The notes under the pieces were generated by a model. That model did no database searches. It saw nothing but the letters and a program-made list of their open reading frames with translations, and was not told the DNA's origin. DNA of 49,381 bases from Verrucomicrobiota bacterium (lineage in GTDB: Bacteria; Verrucomicrobiota; Verrucomicrobiia; Limisphaerales; JAHEOI01), in contig JAHEOI010000372.1 in assembly GCA_018610125.1 (NCBI GenBank), forward strand, positions 1 to 49,381, in the 5' to 3' direction. Position numbers and translations under genes: made by a program. Of this stretch, positions 17,922-27,488 are shown piece after piece (position 1 is the stretch's first letter; each line of letters starts with the position of its first letter).

Positions 17922-18770
17922 TCAATCCCCAGTCGGGATTCTCCCCTCCTCGAGCGCGTCTTCGTAAGCGCGGTTCTGCCGGTAATAAGGGCTAAGAGCC
18001 TCTTTCAAGGGATCGGAATCCGTTTCAGCGAAACCGTGATGGGAGTGTCTTCGCCAGCCTTCGGCATGCTCAAAGGCACCGGATAAGCTTCCTACCTCCA
18101 GGGACATCGTTTCCATTGTTTTGAGATACGAGCTCAATCCCTGGCTTTGGGCAAGCCAATCTTGTTGACTCTCATGACAGGCAAGCGCCTTTTGTTTCAC
18201 GGGATAAACCGATGAGGTATCGACGAAAATACCGGGGATAATCCGTCGTCTTAAAGGATCCCTCAAGCCATACGGCATCGCGTGATAAACGGTCATTTGC
18301 TGATCTACCGGCTTACGGCGCGGGCTGGTACGAAAATTCGGCATACCGCGGGCGAATGCGGCGGTCACACACAAACGCGACGTGTTGGTATGATCCTCCA
18401 TGTAATCTTGGGGGGAGGGAACCAACAGAATGCGGGGAGCAACTTCACGGATACGGGCAGCCAACCGCCTCAGTAGCTTCAGGTCGTAAAGAATCTCGAG
18501 GTCGTCGACGAAGCTCGGATGAAATTGCGCCCCTAAGACCCCCGCAGCAGCCTTGGCCTCCCGTTTTCGAATCGTTCGCGTCGTAACGGCGCTATGCTTG
18601 ACACTGCCACAGGAGCCACTCGCTACGGTCATGTAATGGGTCTCGTAACCCGCCTTGCCCAAAAGCAGCAATGTCCCGCCCATAAGGAACTCAATGTCGT
18701 CCGGATGGGCCGCGATGGCCATCGCCCTCGGCCTGTCGGCCTGTTGTGAATCGTTCCCTCTCTTACTCAT
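17922..18770 (-). CDS. PIG-L / LmbE-family N-acetylglucosaminyl deacetylase
   Basis: AIAAHPDDIEFLMGGTLL motif and a later HxxH-type region. Start placed at ATG 18770 (MSKRGND). Confidence 0.8.
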   Translation of the reverse strand: MSKRGNDSQQADRPRAMAIAAHPDDIEFLMGGTLLLLGKAGYETHYMTVASGSCGSVKHSAVTTRTIRKREAKAAAGVLGAQFHPSFVDDLEILYDLKLLRRLAARIREVAPRILLVPSPQDYMEDHTNTSRLCVTAAFARGMPNFRTSPRRKPVDQQMTVYHAMPYGLRDPLRRRIIPGIFVDTSSVYPVKQKALACHESQQDWLAQSQGLSSYLKTMETMSLEVGSLSGAFEHAEGWRRHSHHGFAETDSDPLKEALSPYYRQNRAYEDALEEGRIPTGD

Positions 18771-19004
18771 AACGCTTTGATACCGCTCATTCTGGACCAA
18801 AATCCGAGGCCGTCCAAGGCCGGGATTCTCAGAGAGAAATCCCAAACGTTTACGGGATTGGCAACGCCATTTAGTTTATCCTATTGGGTCGTCGGTGCCG
18901 GCATTGGCAGCGTGCCTTGGGCTACCGGACGGAAAAACCGCAAAAGGCAATCACCCCGCGTGGCATCTAGCCCGCCGGAAGAGCGGGTCGGGAAATGACA
19001 AATT

Positions 19005-20789
19005 ATGGCAAATCACGAGGCAGAATCGAATTCGAAACCGAGCACGGTCACTAGTGAGGCGAGAAACCGGGAAAAATGGGCCGAGGAGCCAAGCGAGAGC
19101 CAATCCCAGCATAAGGATTTCATACGAGAGATTGTCGCGGAGGACGTCCGTCAAGGAAAGCATGGCGGCCAGGTGGTTACCCGGTTCCCACCTGAGCCCA
19201 ACGGCTACCTCCATATCGGGCATGCCAAATCGATTTGCCTCAATTTCGGTCTCTCGGAAGAATATGCCCAAGGGGTCTGCCACCTTCGATTTGACGACAC
19301 CAACCCGTTACGGGAAAGCCTGGAATATGTTGAATCGATCAAGGAGGATGTCCGCTGGCTTGGCTTTGATTGGCAAGATCATCTTTATTTTGCCTCCGAT
19401 TACTTTGATCAGCTTTACCAGTATGCGGTCGCCCTGATCAAAAAGGGAAAGGCCTTTGTGTGCGATCTCACTATGGAGCAGATTCGCGAGTACCGGGGCA
19501 CTCCTGCCGAGCCGGGACGCGAAAGCCCCTACCGAAACCGATCGGTGGAAGAAAATTTGGATCTCTTCGAGAGGATGCGCCAAGGGGAGTTTGCCGACGG
19601 CGAGAAAGTCCTGCGCGCCAAGATTGATATGGCCTCGCCGAATATTCACCTCCGCGATCCCGCCATTTACCGCATCCGTCACGCCAGCCATCACCGGACC
19701 GGTGACCGGTGGTGCATTTATCCGATGTACGACTTCACCCATTGCCTCTCCGACGCGATCGAGGGAATCACCCACTCGCTCTGCACGATGGAGTTCGAAG
19801 TCCATCGTCCCCTCTATGAGTGGGTTTTAAGCGAGCTCGAGTTTGAACAACAACCCAGGCAGATCGAGTTCGCCCGGCTCAATCTCGGCTTCGTGGTGGT
19901 CAGCAAGCGCCTCCTAAACGAGCTGGTCGAGGGTGGGTATGTCGATGGCTGGAACGATCCGCGGATGCCGACCATTTGCGGACTTCGCCGCCGCGGCTAT
20001 ACCCCTGAGTCCATTCGCCGGTTCTGCGATAAAATCGGGGTTACGAAGTACAACGCGACAACGGACCCCGCCTTACTCGAGCACAGCATTCGGGACGATT
20101 TGAATCGTCGCGCCCAACGGGTCATGGGTGTGCTACGCCCCTTAAGGGTGGTTCTGGTCAATTACCCGGAAGACAAGACAGAGCAGCTCGAGGCGGTCAA
20201 TAATCCGGAAGATCCCAGCGCCGGCACACGGCTCGTTCCTTTCTCCCGCGTCATCTATATCGAGCAAGGCGACTTCCGCGAAGACCCACCCAAGAAATTC
20301 TTCCGGTTAATGCCGGGCGGCGAGGTCCGACTGCGGTACGCCTATATTATCAAATGCGTCGATGTCGTCAAAGACCCCGACACGGACGAGTTGATTGAAG
20401 TGCACTGCACCGTCGATTTCGATACCCGAAGCGGCACGGGCCAAGCTCAGCGGAAGGTCAAAGGGACCATTCACTGGGTCTCAGCCGATCATGGGATTCC
20501 CGCCCAAGTACGGCTTTACGACCGTCTCTTTCAGGTGCAAGACCCGACCGACGTCGAAGAGGGCGAAGACTTCAAGAAGAATTTGAATCCCAACTCTTTG
20601 GAAACCCTCACCACAAGTATTGTCGAGCCAACCTTGAACCAGGCCCGCCCGGGCGATCGGTATCAATTCGAGCGCCAAGGTTATTTCTGCGTCGATACCA
20701 AAGACACTGGGCCGGACCACCTCGTCTTCAATCGAACGGTCCCCCTAAAAGACACTTGGGCCAAAATCGAGCAAAAACAGCAACGTTAA
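19005..20789 (+). CDS. glnS: Glutamine--tRNA ligase
   Basis: [23 protein letters not shown]...RFDDTNP...[16 protein letters not shown] is near-identical in pattern to E. coli GlnRS. VVSKRLL is the KMSKS equivalent. An N-terminal extension of about 45 aa is present. Confidence 0.96.
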   Translation: MANHEAESNSKPSTVTSEARNREKWAEEPSESQSQHKDFIREIVAEDVRQGKHGGQVVTRFPPEPNGYLHIGHAKSICLNFGLSEEYAQGVCHLRFDDTNPLRESLEYVESIKEDVRWLGFDWQDHLYFASDYFDQLYQYAVALIKKGKAFVCDLTMEQIREYRGTPAEPGRESPYRNRSVEENLDLFERMRQGEFADGEKVLRAKIDMASPNIHLRDPAIYRIRHASHHRTGDRWCIYPMYDFTHCLSDAIEGITHSLCTMEFEVHRPLYEWVLSELEFEQQPRQIEFARLNLGFVVVSKRLLNELVEGGYVDGWNDPRMPTICGLRRRGYTPESIRRFCDKIGVTKYNATTDPALLEHSIRDDLNRRAQRVMGVLRPLRVVLVNYPEDKTEQLEAVNNPEDPSAGTRLVPFSRVIYIEQGDFREDPPKKFFRLMPGGEVRLRYAYIIKCVDVVKDPDTDELIEVHCTVDFDTRSGTGQAQRKVKGTIHWVSADHGIPAQVRLYDRLFQVQDPTDVEEGEDFKKNLNPNSLETLTTSIVEPTLNQARPGDRYQFERQGYFCVDTKDTGPDHLVFNRTVPLKDTWAKIEQKQQR

Positions 20790-20944
20790 TGCGCCGTGCA
20801 GCCGATCTTGTAGATCGCCACCACAAAGGCAAGCGTTGCCAGTATCAGAAAAATCGGAGCCCCGAGCGCCGCGTAGTAGACACCGACTCCGAGTACGATC
20901 GCCATCCCTATCCATGCACCACAAGCTAGCAAAAAATTTTTCAT
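20786..20944 (-). CDS. Small (52 aa) two-helix membrane protein, hypothetical
   Basis: [52 protein letters not shown]. This is the inner start of the 118-aa track ORF. Its stop overlaps the glnS stop within TTAA. Confidence 0.4.
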   Translation of the reverse strand: MKNFLLACGAWIGMAIVLGVGVYYAALGAPIFLILATLAFVVAIYKIGCTAH

Positions 20945-21045
20945 AGGTGTTACTTTATCTCGATTCGCGACATGTGCAAGCCGACCCATCAGCGACCACG
21001 ACCGGTCGCGGTGTAATCCCTCTGGGGGTATGCCATTTGACACAC

Positions 21046-22335
21046 TTATTCCGTTCCAGCGGCCCCTTTGGAGACGCCGCTTGTTCTTGATGCCCATTCG
21101 CTCAGCACTTGCTCCCGCCGCTCCGGCTTCAATTTTGCCCATCGCCTTGCATGCTTGTAGAAGGGGTGCCAGCGGCCCGATTTGGCGTGCAGGAGATTGT
21201 TGAAGGCCGGAAGCAGGTGGTGGTAGGTCGCAATTGAATTGAGCTGGGCGTTATTGGGCGGTCCCTCAAACCAGTGATCGTAACCCGAATAGCCGTTCCA
21301 CTCGGATTTTAGCCGTTGATAATCCCGCTTCAACGATGAGAACAATGCCCGTTTCTTGGCCTTGATATCGTCGACAGCCAAGCCGTTGGATACCTGCTTT
21401 TTGCCGGTGGTCGCATTTTGACCGGCCTCGATCGAATCGTAAAACGTCTTTAGCGTCGCTCGGTAATCCAATAGCAGCTTGATCACCTGATCCTTTCGCC
21501 TCAAGTGTCGCTTGTAGCGGGCCAGAAGCTTCGGGCTAGCGCGCTGTTCGAGCCACAAAGTCACCCCTCGTCGCGCGACGGCCGTCGCAAACGCCTCATT
21601 GAAATCGGTATCCCCCGCGGCGAAAAGTTTTTGATGCGCCAACTCGTGAAAGAGCGTCGCGGCCAGTTGCGGTTTTGGATAATCGACAAACGTGCTTAAG
21701 AGCGGATCGCGAAACCAGCCAAGCGTCGAATAGGCATCCACGCCCTCAACATGCACGTCATACCCTTGCCGTTTCAGGCGTCGAGCATGACGCCGGGCGC
21801 GCCTTTCTTTAAAGTAGCCGCGGTATTCCAAAGACCCGACGAACGGGTACCACCATGACTTGGGCTCAAGGGAATATTGCGGACAGGCATAAACGTTCCA
21901 GACGACATGAGGTCGATCGAGGGCCACATAGCTCAAATAATGCCGGTCAATCGGCAGGTGAAGCTCTTCCTTGGCAAACTCTCGCAACTCCAAGACCAAC
22001 CGAAATCGAGCTTTTAACGAGGACGGGGTATCCGGAACGTCGATCAATTGCTCAATCGGCTCGCGACGGGCCAGGATATCGACTTGTCCCTTGATCGCCT
22101 GCGTGTAATAGCCGACACTCTGACACCCTGCCGAGAGTCCCGCCGAAAGTACCGCTAAGAGTCCGAGCAAGCATACGCCAACCCTCCTCCGAAGCGATTT
22201 CGATCGCCTCGAAGCGCCTTGAGCCGAGAGCCACGCTACCGAATTCCGGCACCACGCCACTGAATCAGCTCTCCCCTTCTTTTCCAAACCGCGACTCGAT
22301 GAATCAACCTCCGTACCCACGTCCCGCATTTCCAA
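21046..22335 (-). CDS. Predicted zinc aminopeptidase (DUF2265/Aminopep-like), lipoprotein; start uncertain
   Basis: HExxH motif (FHELAHQ) in a context typical of the putative-aminopeptidase family, and a lipobox-like LSAGLSAGC. Confidence 0.6.
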   Translation of the reverse strand: MEMRDVGTEVDSSSRGLEKKGRADSVAWCRNSVAWLSAQGASRRSKSLRRRVGVCLLGLLAVLSAGLSAGCQSVGYYTQAIKGQVDILARREPIEQLIDVPDTPSSLKARFRLVLELREFAKEELHLPIDRHYLSYVALDRPHVVWNVYACPQYSLEPKSWWYPFVGSLEYRGYFKERRARRHARRLKRQGYDVHVEGVDAYSTLGWFRDPLLSTFVDYPKPQLAATLFHELAHQKLFAAGDTDFNEAFATAVARRGVTLWLEQRASPKLLARYKRHLRRKDQVIKLLLDYRATLKTFYDSIEAGQNATTGKKQVSNGLAVDDIKAKKRALFSSLKRDYQRLKSEWNGYSGYDHWFEGPPNNAQLNSIATYHHLLPAFNNLLHAKSGRWHPFYKHARRWAKLKPERREQVLSEWASRTSGVSKGAAGTE

Positions 22336-22368
22336 TTACCCGCAATTCCTATGCATGGTGCGTCCGTG

Positions 22369-23469
22369 TCACGGCAACGTGCTTATCGCATTCGCCTTCA
22401 ATAGGCAATAAACCGACTGTCCCGCCGCCAGCCCGAGACGCTCAAAGGAGCCGGAGCTCACTTCCACAAGCATGGGAAATCCGACATCGACTTCGACAAT
22501 GAAGGTTCCCCCCGACTCGCTGAAACGCCGAATTCGACCTCGAAGCTGATTCTGAAACGAGATCCCGCTGATCGACTGCGTCGCGATAGCCACATCCTCC
22601 GGGCGGATGGCCACCGACAGACGCTGCCGCACATTGTAATCAATCAATGGTCCTCGTAGCTCTACTTGATCCGGGCTGCGAAGCCTCCCATCTTCCGGAG
22701 CCCATTGCAAGCGAGTGCAGCCCAGTCCCGGCTCATGCGCCACCACTTCGACCGGAACCACATTGAGAAGCCCCGTCGGCACTGCGGATTCGAGGAGAGG
22801 GCCTTCCAAAGCCAGGTCGGTGTAACTCCCCCGCCCAAGAGCCCGACCGTTATCGAGGATGAGTAAGGAGCTCGTCAACCGCAATAGCTCACTTAAATCG
22901 TGACTGATATAGACCACCGGGACTTGAGCTTCCTTAATAACCCGCCGAAAAAACGGCAGAATTTGGCCTTTTAGGCGTTGGTCCAATGCCGCCAACGGCT
23001 CATCCATAAGGATCAGGCGGGGATGACTTACGAGGGTGCGAGCCAACATCACGCGTTGACGCTCGCCGCCGGAGAGGTACTTGGGACGGCGCCGGAGCAA
23101 GGGGCCAAGCTCCAAGAGCTCCACCATATCCGAAACCGAGAAGGAGTGCTTCGAAGTTCGACCGAACCGGCGTGCAAAACGGAGGTTGCCTTCAACGCTC
23201 AGGTGCGGAAAAAGCCGGTCTTCCTGAAAGACGATCCCGACCCCGCGGCGATGCGGTGCCAGATTGATCGCGGCCCGACTGTCATACAAGACCGTCTGAT
23301 CAATCGCGATTCGTCCTTCCGACGGCTTGAGCAATCCCCCAATAAGATGCAACAGAGTCGTCTTGCCGACACCCGACCGACCAAAGAGGCCGATCACCCG
23401 CTCCTCCAGTCGTTCGCTCAGTTCCAGCGAAAAATGCCCTCGACGGAATAATAGATCCAGCTCCAACAT
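22369..23469 (-). CDS. modC: Molybdate ABC transporter ATP-binding protein with C-terminal TOBE domain
   Basis: Walker A GRSGVGKTT, signature LSGGERQRV, Walker B ILMDEPLAALD, C-terminal TOBE-like region; adjacent to modB and modA. Confidence 0.88.
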   Translation of the reverse strand: MLELDLLFRRGHFSLELSERLEERVIGLFGRSGVGKTTLLHLIGGLLKPSEGRIAIDQTVLYDSRAAINLAPHRRGVGIVFQEDRLFPHLSVEGNLRFARRFGRTSKHSFSVSDMVELLELGPLLRRRPKYLSGGERQRVMLARTLVSHPRLILMDEPLAALDQRLKGQILPFFRRVIKEAQVPVVYISHDLSELLRLTSSLLILDNGRALGRGSYTDLALEGPLLESAVPTGLLNVVPVEVVAHEPGLGCTRLQWAPEDGRLRSPDQVELRGPLIDYNVRQRLSVAIRPEDVAIATQSISGISFQNQLRGRIRRFSESGGTFIVEVDVGFPMLVEVSSGSFERLGLAAGQSVYCLLKANAISTLP

Positions 23470-23475
23470 CCCCGT

Positions 23476-24186
23476 TTACCTCCCGTCCTCCGAAGTGCTC
23501 AGCAGCCGTTTCAGGGATCGCGCGAGCCGCTCCGAAATCATCAACGCCCCAAGTGAAAAGAGGATCGAGATGCCGACCAGGCGTAGCGCGGCCTCGTCAC
23601 CCTCCAAGGATTGGGCGTAAGTGTAGACCGCTAATGGCAGCGTCCGAGTTTCCCCTTCCGTATTCCCCGCAAAGGTCACCGTCGCGCCAAACTCCCCAAG
23701 ACTTCTGGCAAATGCAAGGATCAAGCCGGCGAGAATGCCGGGCGAGGCCAACGGCAACGTAATCGTCAGAAAGGTCCATGCCCGATTGGCTCCCAAGGTC
23801 ATCGCAGCCTCTTCCAGGCGTCGGTCTACCAATTCCAAGGACAATCGAACCGTGCGCACCAACAGCGGAAACGCCATGACCGCCGAAGCCATTACGGCCG
23901 CCTTCCACGTGAATGCCAAATCAAGGCCGAACGATTCTTTCAGCCATTGGCCGATCACCCCTCGACTGCCAAAGAGCACAAGCAGGCTATAACCGGTAAC
24001 CACCGGCGGGAGGACAAGCGGGAGGTGGACCAACGCATCGACGATCATCTTGCCCCAAAACTGTTTCCGCGCCAACAACCAGGCAACCGCAATGCCGGGC
24101 AGCATTATCGTGACAACGCACCAGAAGGCGACTGTCGCCGATAATTTTAGGGCTATCCACTCCTCGGTCGAGAGTAAGAGGTTCAT
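23476..24186 (-). CDS. modB: Molybdate ABC transporter permease
   Basis: 236-aa permease with the EAA-type loop (LAFARSLGEFGATVTFAGN) typical of ModB/CysTW. Confidence 0.9.
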   Translation of the reverse strand: MNLLLSTEEWIALKLSATVAFWCVVTIMLPGIAVAWLLARKQFWGKMIVDALVHLPLVLPPVVTGYSLLVLFGSRGVIGQWLKESFGLDLAFTWKAAVMASAVMAFPLLVRTVRLSLELVDRRLEEAAMTLGANRAWTFLTITLPLASPGILAGLILAFARSLGEFGATVTFAGNTEGETRTLPLAVYTYAQSLEGDEAALRLVGISILFSLGALMISERLARSLKRLLSTSEDGR

Positions 24187-24995
24187 GGACGACTCCCTCC
24201 GTTGGTAACGGAGACGTTTCTTGGCACGACATGGAATCCGGCCTCTTGAAAACGTCGACGTGACCAGGGATCACTCAAAAACTCAAGAAAGGCCGCCCCT
24301 TCCGAAGAGGCCTCCCGGCCTAGTGCGACCGGATACCGAACTTCGGGCTGGTAGTTTGAAGGGAATTCCCCGACAATCGTCACCCCTTCTGAAGCCATGG
24401 CATCCGTTCGGTAAACAATCCCGGCACCGGCTTCACCGCGCTCCACCAATCGGAGTGCCATCCGGACATCAAGCGCGTTGAGGGCACGTCCCTCCAACGC
24501 AGCCCACCATCCGAGATCTTCCAGCACGGCACGCCCATATCGCCCGGCGGGAACATGGTCCGGATTGGCAATGGCAAACCGTCCGGAAAAGGCTTCCCCG
24601 ATAGAGAAATCGCGGCTCACGGTTACAGAAAACCGTTCTCCCGCCGGGGCAATCAGCACCATTTCGTTGCCCAGCAGGTCCCGGCGTGTCTCAACCTGAA
24701 TTCGGTCCTTTTGAGCGACGAAGTCCATCCATCTCGGGGATGCCGAGAGAAAAACGTCGGGAGAGGCCCCCGCAACGATTTGCTTTGCCAACGTTGAGGT
24801 CGCTGCGAAGCTTGTCCTCACGGAAACAGGATGGGCTTTTTCATAGCGTGCAGCGATGTCCCGGATGACATCGCCGGCGCTGGCCGCGGCAAACACCACG
24901 ATGGATTCTTGCTCATCTCCGCGAGCTGAGCCGGATTCCTCCATGCCGGCCCGATCGGTGCAGCCACCGATTATGACCATAAAGAGCGCAACCAT
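24183..24995 (-). CDS. modA: Molybdate-binding periplasmic protein (lipoprotein)
   Basis: VFAAASAGDVI...FAATSTLAKQI..GASPDVFLSAS...ANPDHVPAGRY matches ModA. Start taken at ATG 24995 (MVALFMVIIGGC lipobox). 4-nt overlap with modB. Confidence 0.85.
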   Translation of the reverse strand: MVALFMVIIGGCTDRAGMEESGSARGDEQESIVVFAAASAGDVIRDIAARYEKAHPVSVRTSFAATSTLAKQIVAGASPDVFLSASPRWMDFVAQKDRIQVETRRDLLGNEMVLIAPAGERFSVTVSRDFSIGEAFSGRFAIANPDHVPAGRYGRAVLEDLGWWAALEGRALNALDVRMALRLVERGEAGAGIVYRTDAMASEGVTIVGEFPSNYQPEVRYPVALGREASSEGAAFLEFLSDPWSRRRFQEAGFHVVPRNVSVTNGGSRP

Positions 24996-25309
24996 CGTCA
25001 CACCCACCCGCGCACCTCTTCCCGACCCAAGCGCAACCCAAGGCAGCTCGCAAGTTCGGTCGATTTTCGCTCGGTCGAGTGATTCATCATCCATGCCCAT
25101 TCGACATCCATCTTATCCCTTTCGATTGGCATTGCAAAACCGTCATGACTAAGGGAGACTAAGCGAGGATTCGCTTGGTTGTATATTGCGCATTTTCTCC
25201 CCGATTGGGTCACGGAAGGGTGGGTCACCGCATGGCGTTCGCAAAATCTAAATACCGAATACCGAGCTGACTTTATCACGTCGATCGTTCAAGCGATCCG
25301 TCAGAGCCC

Positions 25310-27391
25310 ATGAAACGGCACAGAATCTTGATCATTGATGACGAAGAGGATATTCGCGAAATCCTTGAAGATGCCCTGTACTCACAAGACGAGCGGGAGA
25401 CGATTTCCGTAGGCGACGGAAACGCCGGATTTAGCCGAGCCAAGAATGAATCCATCGACCTCGTTCTCCTCGATCTCTGCCTGCCCGACGTGAACGGATT
25501 GGAAGTCTGTCGCTGGCTCAAACAAGATCCCAAAACCCAGGCCATACCGGTTGTGCTCATGACCGGCAAACAAACGACCGACGATAAACGGCGAGGTTTG
25601 CAAATGGGAGCGGTGGATTACATCAACAAGCCGTTTAATCTTAATGAGCTTATAGAACGCATCACGAGCCTCTTAAAGCAGCAAACCGGTCCTCCCAGCC
25701 AAGATAGCGGTGTAACAACCGCCACCACATCCCCGGACCAACGAGTTATCGAACGAATCCGTCAGGGCCTCGAATCTTCCACTGACGCGCTATGTCTGGT
25801 CAATGATGCCGGAAACGCCATTTTCCAAAATCGCTCCTTCCATCTGATGTTCGAGCTCCACCCTGAAGCGTTGCTGTCGTCTGATCGCTACACCGCTTTC
25901 TTTAAGGATAACGTTGTTTGGAAGCAGCTCTGGTCAAGCTGTCGAGCCGGTAATCCTTGGCGCGGCGAGGTCGAATTACAGACTGTGACCGGTAAGACAA
26001 TCACCCCCCTCTGTCGAGCAAGCCCCATTTGGGATGAGAGCCATCAGTTTTGCGGGATCCTTTTTCTCTTTACGGACATCAGCCATCTCAAACGCTTTGA
26101 GAGCGACCTCCTTTATCAGGCAACGCACGATCCGTTAACCGACCTCTACAACCGGCGATTCTTTGACGAAGTCTTGACACATGCCGTCAATAACGCCCGC
26201 CGAGGCCACGTTTGCACACTCCTCTACCTCGACTTGGATAATTTTAAGGTGGTCAATGATACCGAAGGCCATGAAGCGGGGGATCGACTCTTAATGAAGA
26301 TTGCCCAGCTCTTGCGCGCTCATACGCGGAAGGTCGATCAATTGGCTCGATTCGGGGGCGATGAATTTGTCCTACTCTTGGAGCACACCGATATCGACGG
26401 CGCGACCCAAGTGGCGAAAAAGCTTCTGGAGGCAATTGACGGCTTTCGACATCTCGAGAACGAGAAGTTTATCGGGATCTCGGCGAGTATCGGAATCGCC
26501 CTGATTGATGGCACCCATTCTTCCGAGCAGGTCCTGGCTCATGCCGACATGGCTTGCTATTTAGCAAAACGGCAAGGGAAGAAGGGCTTCATGGTCTACA
26601 ACGAACAGAATGCCGAAATAACGCGCTTCACGGAGGAGGCCAACTGGTCGCTCGACATCGACCACGCCCTTGCCGAAAACCGCTTTGAGATCTGGCTTCA
26701 ACCGTTGTTCTCATTAAAAACGAACGGGTATCGCCGGCCCAACTTCTTTGAAGCGTTGGTCCGGATGCGGGATACCGAAGGCAATCTCGTCTTGCCCGGC
26801 ACGATCATCCCCGCAGCCGAGCGTTTTGGGAAAATCATCCAGATCGACAAGTGGATGATTGAGCGAGCGGTCGATTTCTTACATGAACAGCCGCACGCCA
26901 CCGTGGCCGTCAATCTTTCCGCTCATTCCCTCAACAATCCGGCCATTGCCCGCTTCGCTCAGGACCTTGCCGAGCGCAAAGGGTTTACCCCGAATAGCCT
27001 CTGTCTCGAAATCACGGAAACCGGAATGCTTCGAAGCTTGGATGCCGCCTGCTCCGCAATAGCGCAGCTAAAGAAGCTCGGCTTCGGTTTTGCCCTCGAT
27101 GACTTTGGGGCCGGCTTTTCGATGCTCCATCAGATCCGATACCTCCCGGTCGATTTTATCAAGATTGACGGCCAATTCATCCATGACCTCAATCAGGACA
27201 ATTTCAACCAAATGGTCGTGAAATCGATCAGTGAGATCGCTCAAAGCCAGGGCAAAGCGGTGGTCGCTGAATGCGTCGAGACGACCGAAGACCTCGCCAT
27301 TCTCCGAAAATTGCCGATCGATTTCGCACAAGGATTCTACTTTCAAGCCCCTAAACCGCTCAGCAATTATATTGGTTCGGATGGCATGTGA
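25310..27391 (+). CDS. Response-regulator receiver - PAS - GGDEF - EAL multidomain c-di-GMP turnover protein
   Basis: REC (ILIIDDEEDIREIL...DLVLLDLCLPDVNG), a PAS-like segment, an intact GGDEF (ARFGGDEFVLLL) and an EAL domain (FFEALVRMRD...DDFGAGFS...KIDG). Confidence 0.92.
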   Translation: MKRHRILIIDDEEDIREILEDALYSQDERETISVGDGNAGFSRAKNESIDLVLLDLCLPDVNGLEVCRWLKQDPKTQAIPVVLMTGKQTTDDKRRGLQMGAVDYINKPFNLNELIERITSLLKQQTGPPSQDSGVTTATTSPDQRVIERIRQGLESSTDALCLVNDAGNAIFQNRSFHLMFELHPEALLSSDRYTAFFKDNVVWKQLWSSCRAGNPWRGEVELQTVTGKTITPLCRASPIWDESHQFCGILFLFTDISHLKRFESDLLYQATHDPLTDLYNRRFFDEVLTHAVNNARRGHVCTLLYLDLDNFKVVNDTEGHEAGDRLLMKIAQLLRAHTRKVDQLARFGGDEFVLLLEHTDIDGATQVAKKLLEAIDGFRHLENEKFIGISASIGIALIDGTHSSEQVLAHADMACYLAKRQGKKGFMVYNEQNAEITRFTEEANWSLDIDHALAENRFEIWLQPLFSLKTNGYRRPNFFEALVRMRDTEGNLVLPGTIIPAAERFGKIIQIDKWMIERAVDFLHEQPHATVAVNLSAHSLNNPAIARFAQDLAERKGFTPNSLCLEITETGMLRSLDAACSAIAQLKKLGFGFALDDFGAGFSMLHQIRYLPVDFIKIDGQFIHDLNQDNFNQMVVKSISEIAQSQGKAVVAECVETTEDLAILRKLPIDFAQGFYFQAPKPLSNYIGSDGM

Positions 27392-27403
27392 TAAGAGAGA
27401 AGT

Positions 27404-27430
27404 GGGACGTCGGGGACGACGTCCCTATCA
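27404..27430. repeat. Hairpin-TATCA interspersed repeat (family 1), best copy
   Basis: GGGACGTCG-GGGA-CGACGTCCC-TATCA, a perfect 9-bp stem, between the convergent stops at 27391 and 27489. Confidence 0.75.
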
Positions 27431-27488
27431 CGGAGAGGGATCGATCGGAAAGGGCGGCAGTCACTATTTCACGGGGCGAGTCACCGCT

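Noticed and set aside
24996-25309. Molybdenum-cofactor riboswitch upstream of modA.
   Set aside because: I could not find the conserved Moco-motif elements by eye on the minus strand. This needs a covariance-model scan before any claim.
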